From Thermoanaerobaculia bacterium (lineage in GTDB: Bacteria > Acidobacteriota > Thermoanaerobaculia > Multivoradales > UBA5704), in contig JBIOVX010000157.1 in the NCBI GenBank assembly GCA_044868005.1, forward strand, positions 8,257 to 72,256: a stretch of 64,000 nt of DNA. The letters are read 5' to 3'. The notes under the pieces were generated by a model. That model did no database searches. It saw nothing but the letters and a program-made list of their open reading frames with translations, and was not told the DNA's origin. A program made the translations under genes and the position numbers. Of the stretch, positions 59,412 through 64,000 are shown one piece after another (the first letter of the stretch is position 1; each line of letters starts with the position of its first letter).

Positions 59412-60242
59412 TCAGTGCTGCACCGCGCGCAGGACGGCCTTGGCCTGCTCGGCCTCGGGCGCGTTGGGAGCGAGGGCAAGGAAGCGTTCCATGTCGCTGA
59501 CCAGGAGATCCTTGCGCTTCAACTCGTATTGGGCCAACCCACGGTAGTAATACGCATAGGCAAGCCCTGAGTCCATGCCGATGGCGCTGGAGAGTTGCGC
59601 GACGGCGGCCTCCCAATCCTTTTGGAAGGCGCGGGTGACGCCGATCTGGTAGGGAATGAGGGCCGGCGCCGGCGCCCGGGCTCCCTGCAGGGTCGAGACC
59701 GCCTCGTCATACTGCTTGAGCCGCTGCTGGGCGACGCCGAGGTAGTAGGCGGACTCCGCGCCGCCTTTCGCACGCGCCAGGTCCGCGGCCGTCCGGAAGG
59801 CGCCGGCGGCGGCGCCATCCCGCCGCTGGCGGAGGTAGACCTCGCCGAGAGAGACGAACGCCGCGGGATCGTTGGGCGCCAGCTCCGTCGCCTTGCGCAG
59901 CCGGCCCTCGGCCTCGCCGTACTTCTGTTCCTGCTCGAGGACGCGGCCATAGGCAGCGGCCACGTAGGCGTTGGCGTCCGCCTGGTCCATGAACCGGCCC
60001 AGGGCGTCGCGGGCCGCGCCGGTCTGGTAATGCCACAGCCGCTCGTCGACGCTATCGAGACCCGCAGGCGGCGCCTGCTGCGTCTGCGCCGGCTGGTCCT
60101 GCGCAGGTTGCTGCTGGCTCTGCGGCTGGTTGCCCGGCTTCGGCTTCTTCGGCGGCCTGGCCTGAGCGGCGAAAGAGAGGGCGAAAAGAAGCACCGTCAG
60201 ACCGGCTATGGCCGTGGGAGATTTATGGTTCATATCGATCAT
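59412..60242 (-). CDS. Secreted TPR-repeat protein
   Basis: It has a signal peptide, a Gln/Pro-rich linker, and then TPR-like repeats (AYVAAAYGRVLEQEQKYGEAEGRLRKATELAPNDP...). The start could instead be the ATG at 60233. Confidence 0.75.
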   Translation of the reverse strand: MIDMNHKSPTAIAGLTVLLFALSFAAQARPPKKPKPGNQPQSQQQPAQDQPAQTQQAPPAGLDSVDERLWHYQTGAARDALGRFMDQADANAYVAAAYGRVLEQEQKYGEAEGRLRKATELAPNDPAAFVSLGEVYLRQRRDGAAAGAFRTAADLARAKGGAESAYYLGVAQQRLKQYDEAVSTLQGARAPAPALIPYQIGVTRAFQKDWEAAVAQLSSAIGMDSGLAYAYYYRGLAQYELKRKDLLVSDMERFLALAPNAPEAEQAKAVLRAVQH

Positions 60243-61078
60243 TGTAATCGACCCGGCGCCGGAGGTTCCGCGGGCATTGACGAAGCGTTTCGCCAGCTAC
60301 CGGGAAACCCGCGAAAGAAGGCGGCGACGGCAGCGAACAGCTCGCGCGGATGCCGGCGAACACGATGCGCGAGCTCCTTCAGACGGAGTCCTTGGATTCG
60401 CAGAGCCTCCAAAGTCCGCTCGTCCGAGGACCAACGCTGCACGGTCGCCACGGCGGCGAGGCCGAGCACGGCTCCCCCACCAAGGTCGAGCAGGTGGTGC
60501 TCGTGCATCAGCAGGGCCGAGAGAGTGACAGTGACCGCCCACAGCCCGAACAAGATCTTTCCCACCCAGCCGCACCGGCGTCCGTAGACGATCGCCGCCG
60601 TGACGGCGAACGCCACGTGGAGCGACGGGAACTCGTTGTAGTCGAGATTCAACCGGTCTGCGAGCCGGAAGATCGCACCGCCGAATCCGTAGGCCTCCCG
60701 ATGCGGGAAGCCCTGGGCCATGGGAAGCAGCAGGAAGAACAGCCCTCCCACCAGCGTCTCGACCGTGAGGGTGAGGAAGAACGGCGTGAAGCTGCGCCAG
60801 GTGCGCAGGATGAACGGCGCGAGCAGGAGCAGCAGCGGTACCGACAGATAGACGATGGCGACCGAGGGCACGAACGGCAGGCGCAGCTCCCAGTCGAAGT
60901 GGAAGGTCTGGCGCGCGCCGCGCAGCCTGGCGAGGAGGCTGGCACCGCCGTAGATCGAGAAGAAGATCTTCGAGAACAGGTAAGCGAGCGGCAGCGAGAA
61001 CCGCAGGCTCGCGAGGCCGGGCCAGGCGAGGAGGGGCTCGGCGCCCCGCGGGTTTCGTCTAGCTGCAGCGATAGCCAT
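60239..61078 (-). CDS. PAP2-superfamily membrane protein (phosphatase / phosphotransferase-like)
   Basis: I chose the ATG at 61078. The protein has several TM helices and the PAP2 C2/C3 motifs PSLHVAF and HEHHLLD. Confidence 0.7.
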   Translation of the reverse strand: MAIAAARRNPRGAEPLLAWPGLASLRFSLPLAYLFSKIFFSIYGGASLLARLRGARQTFHFDWELRLPFVPSVAIVYLSVPLLLLLAPFILRTWRSFTPFFLTLTVETLVGGLFFLLLPMAQGFPHREAYGFGGAIFRLADRLNLDYNEFPSLHVAFAVTAAIVYGRRCGWVGKILFGLWAVTVTLSALLMHEHHLLDLGGGAVLGLAAVATVQRWSSDERTLEALRIQGLRLKELAHRVRRHPRELFAAVAAFFRGFPGSWRNASSMPAEPPAPGRLQ

Positions 61079-61121
61079 CGAATCGTTCAACGTTCTCCAT
61101 TGTAGACGGATTCCACAAGCC

Positions 61122-61502
61122 TCACCGCAGCGTGTAGAGAAAAGCGGCGATGTCCCGCACGTCGCGCTCGGTAACACCCAGCTCAGGCATCGCGGTGCCC
61201 GGCTGAATCTCCTGGGGAGCGCGGATCCAGCGCATCAGGTTGTCCGGGGTGTTCGGCAGCCCGCCGGCGAGAGTGGGCCGGCTGGCGATGCCGTCGAGCG
61301 GCGGACCGACCTGGCCGCGAGCCGCCGCGACTCCCGGAATGCTGTGGCAGGCCTCGCAGCCGTACCGGGGGATGATCTCCTTGCCGCGCGCCGGACTGCC
61401 GCCGGTCATCGCGGCAGCCTTCCGCTCGATGTCCTCCCCGCACCCGCAGAGCAGGACGAGCGCCGCTGCAAGCCCGACTTTGATCAGAACCTTGTCGAGC
61501 AT
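61122..61502 (-). CDS. c-type cytochrome lipoprotein
   Basis: It has a lipobox LVLLCGC, a heme site CEACH and a distal MPELG. Its ATG overlaps the TGA of the upstream TPR gene (TGATG). Confidence 0.85.
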   Translation of the reverse strand: MLDKVLIKVGLAAALVLLCGCGEDIERKAAAMTGGSPARGKEIIPRYGCEACHSIPGVAAARGQVGPPLDGIASRPTLAGGLPNTPDNLMRWIRAPQEIQPGTAMPELGVTERDVRDIAAFLYTLR

Positions 61503-63043
61503 CACGGCCGGCAGGGGGAGCCTTTCTCGTAGGTGGAGAGGGCGCGCGTGAGATCGCCGATCCGTGATTCCAGGCCTTGTTGCCGGGCGGCCTCGATCGC
61601 CTGGCGCTGCCACTCGGCGGCTTCGGAACAGCGGTCCAGCTCGGCCAGCGCCAGGGCCACCGTCTCGGCGTGGGCAGCCGCCGGCCGCGCATTCCACACG
61701 GCGAGCGCCAGGTCGCGGGCGCGAGCGCCGTCGCGCACCGAGCGGTCCGGGCAGGCGGCGAGGAGCCGCGCCAAGGCATGGCTGAGCAGACCGCTCGCGG
61801 GCATCTGGCGCAGCGCGTCCTCCAGCTTCTGCCGCGCCTCGGCGTAACGCTGCAGGCGCACCAGCGTCTCGGCTTCTCCCAGGCGCGCCGTCTCGTCCGC
61901 CGGCGCGAGCTCGATGGCGCGCGCGTACTCCGGCAGCGCCTCCGCCAGCTTTCCGGCGTCGCGCAGCAGTTGCGCCCGCAGGCGCCGCGCTTCGGCGTCC
62001 TGGGGCCGGGCTGCCACCACCGCTTCGGCGTGCGCGAGAGCCTCTTCCCGCTCGGGACCCTCCGCGAGCAGCGAGGCGAGGTTGAAGTTGGCCGTGGCGT
62101 TCGCGGGATCGCGCCGCAGAGCCTCGCGGAAGTGCTGGATGGCTCCGGCGCGATCGCCCATGAGCGCCAGCATGGACCCGAGGTTAACCTGCGCCTCTAC
62201 GCTCTCGGGCCGGGCGGCGAGGGCCCGCCGGAACTCCTCAGCCGCGTCGGCGTAGCGTCCGGCCTGGGCGGCCACCCGGCCGCGCATCAGGGCAACCCGC
62301 TCTCCCACGCGCAGGTCCGCCACTGCGTCCAGCCAGGGGTCCGGAGGCTTGAGGCCCACCTGGCCGGCCTGCGCCAGGTGCTCGCCGGCCTTGGCTCTGT
62401 CGTCCAGACCGCGGTAGGCCATCGCCAGCGGGTGGTGGAGTCGATTGGCCTCGGGCGCCGCCGCCAGGGCCGCTTCGAAATGCTCCACCGCGGCCTTGAA
62501 CTGGCGCCGGCTCAGCTCCACCTGGCCGAGAAGCGCATGCGCTGCGGCAGCGGTCGCGGGAATCGCCAGGGCCTTCTGCAGCACGCCCTCCGCTTCGTCC
62601 AGGCGCCCCTGGACGAGCCGGATCTCGCCGAGATGGATCCACCCCGCCGCGGCGGCAGGCAACAGGCCAACCGCCCGCGAGAACGCTTCCGCAGCCGTGT
62701 CGAGCCGTCCAGCGGCATGCTCGACCGCTCCCAGGAGGTAGGGCCAATGGGCCTCGTCCCCCTGGAGAGCCATAGCATTGCGGAAACAGTCGGCCGCCGC
62801 GTCGTTGAATCCGTAGGCGAGGTAGACCTGGCCGAGGTCGCCGTAGGCGGCCGCGAGCTTCGCCGGCTCCAGCCTGGCATCGGAGACCTGCGCTGCGAGC
62901 AGCCGCTGCATCTCTCCGATCTGGGACGCCACCGCGGTTTCCAGGCCGGAGAGGTCCGGCGAGCGCACCGGGATCGCTGCGGTCGCGGCGAGCGCCGGGA
63001 TTGCGGCAGTCAGGAAGATCGGCGCGAACAACTTCATCTTCAT
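61502..63043 (-). CDS. Secreted TPR-repeat protein (513 aa)
   Basis: The signal peptide MKMKLFAPIFLTAAIPALA is followed by about 12 TPR-like repeats. The start overlaps the upstream stop (ATGA). Confidence 0.85.
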   Translation of the reverse strand: MKMKLFAPIFLTAAIPALAATAAIPVRSPDLSGLETAVASQIGEMQRLLAAQVSDARLEPAKLAAAYGDLGQVYLAYGFNDAAADCFRNAMALQGDEAHWPYLLGAVEHAAGRLDTAAEAFSRAVGLLPAAAAGWIHLGEIRLVQGRLDEAEGVLQKALAIPATAAAAHALLGQVELSRRQFKAAVEHFEAALAAAPEANRLHHPLAMAYRGLDDRAKAGEHLAQAGQVGLKPPDPWLDAVADLRVGERVALMRGRVAAQAGRYADAAEEFRRALAARPESVEAQVNLGSMLALMGDRAGAIQHFREALRRDPANATANFNLASLLAEGPEREEALAHAEAVVAARPQDAEARRLRAQLLRDAGKLAEALPEYARAIELAPADETARLGEAETLVRLQRYAEARQKLEDALRQMPASGLLSHALARLLAACPDRSVRDGARARDLALAVWNARPAAAHAETVALALAELDRCSEAAEWQRQAIEAARQQGLESRIGDLTRALSTYEKGSPCRP

Positions 63044-64000
63044 CGCGGTTCTCCGGCAGGGGGCGAGGTCTTGCCAGTCCCATGGACAAGCGTCGTGTAG
63101 GTCCGCAACGGCGGCGGCGGAAACGATTCGGTGACGCCGTCCGGCCAGAAGACGCGCACTCCGGTCACCTCCGAGGAGCCGCCGAGGCCCACCAGGACCC
63201 TGGCGTCGCTCGCCGATTCATAGCTGCCGTCCGTGGCCGCCCGCCGCCAGAGCGACGGCGCTCCCTTACGGATGACCTCGACGCGGGCCCCCAGCAGGTC
63301 CCGCTCCGCCTTGGCTCCGGCGGGGCGGCCCACCAGGCGCAGGCCGAGCCAGGGATTCCGGCCGCCCGCCTCGTTGACCAGAAGGCGGACGGGAGTGTCG
63401 GAGTCCACCACCAGGATGTCCGTGTCGCCGTCGTTGTCCACGTCGCCGAAGGCCGCCCCCCGGGAGACCTTCGGCGTGCGGAAGGTCACGCCGGCTTCCT
63501 CACTGACGTCTTTGAACCGGCCGCCTCCCAGGTTGCGAAAGAGCTGACTCGGCTCGCCGTAAGGAGCCAGGCCCTGGCCCGAGCCCATGGCGCCCGCCAG
63601 ATTCACGGCGCCGTTGAAGGCCGCGAGATCGAGGAGGCCGTCGTTCTCCACGTCGATCCAGTTGGTGCCGAAGCCGGTGAACGGCAGGCTCGGCGCGCCC
63701 AGGCCTGAGAGGGCCGTGTTGTCCTCGAACACGCCGCCGCCGAGGTTCACGTAGTAGGTATTCGTCTCCGCCGTCAGGTGGGTGATGAGGAGATCGTCGT
63801 CGCCGTCGCCGTCCGCGTCGCCCACGGCGATCCCCATGCCCGCTTCCGGCCGGCCCGCGGCGTTCACGGCCACGCCCGAGATGAGCCCTTCCTCGCGGAA
63901 CGTGAAGTCGCGCTGGTTGAGCCAGAGGAAGTTGTCGGCGCCGTCGTTGGCCACGAAGAGGTCCAGCCAGCCGTCGCCGTTCAGGTCGTTCGCCACCACG
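63040..64000 (-). CDS. CRTAC1-like protein with FG-GAP/VCBS repeats and an ASPIC/UnbV C-terminal domain (C-terminal part; the 5' end is outside the window)
   Basis: FG-GAP-type repeats are present (DLNGDGWLDLFVAND..., GDADGDGDDDLLITH, GDVDNDGDTDILVV). The UnbV-like tail reads NPWLGLRLVG...GARVEV...DGSYESASDARVLVGLG. Confidence 0.85.
   Translation of the reverse strand, partial: VVANDLNGDGWLDLFVANDGADNFLWLNQRDFTFREEGLISGVAVNAAGRPEAGMGIAVGDADGDGDDDLLITHLTAETNTYYVNLGGGVFEDNTALSGLGAPSLPFTGFGTNWIDVENDGLLDLAAFNGAVNLAGAMGSGQGLAPYGEPSQLFRNLGGGRFKDVSEEAGVTFRTPKVSRGAAFGDVDNDGDTDILVVDSDTPVRLLVNEAGGRNPWLGLRLVGRPAGAKAERDLLGARVEVIRKGAPSLWRRAATDGSYESASDARVLVGLGGSSEVTGVRVFWPDGVTESFPPPPLRTYTTLVHGTGKTSPPAGEPR

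Overview
This window is a high-GC bacterial chromosomal segment. Hand counts on sample 60-nt lines give roughly 68-72% G+C. The gene content looks acidobacterial: a PadR regulator next to an ADOP-type duplicated FtsX permease, a CadC-like wHTH-TPR regulator, CRTAC1/ASPIC-UnbV plus TPR genes, and many secreted hydrolases. I support about 52 protein-coding genes. I saw no rRNA, tRNA, CRISPR array, transposase or integrase. Most very long ORFs in the track that lie antisense to these genes are Arg/Ala/Gly/Pro-rich shadow ORFs caused by the GC bias. All family assignments come from motifs read in the translations; no database search was run. The observations most worth a second look are: (1) a roughly 2.3-kb low-GC insertion (39.4-41.8 kb) encoding an orphan 664-aa helical-repeat protein. 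It sits in a toxin-antitoxin cluster and seems to have cut off the toxin of a UPF0175/DUF3368 pair, which makes it a candidate new defence or abortive-infection gene. (2) A single 2044-aa ORF that fuses a TamB-like inner-membrane-anchored protein to a POTRA plus Omp85 barrel. It is translationally coupled to an ECF sigma, ZAS anti-sigma and GNAT operon. (3) A 240-bp intergenic array of 12 palindromic units with a period of about 20.5 bp (36.34-36.58 kb). (4) A patatin gene next to a radical-SAM-like gene with a C-x11-C-x2-C triad, where the second gene is bracketed by an 85-89-nt direct repeat. (5) Two tandem, highly similar giant zinc metalloprotease genes whose 5' leaders keep two hairpins through different sequences. 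Several smaller repeats and degenerate enzymes are also listed.
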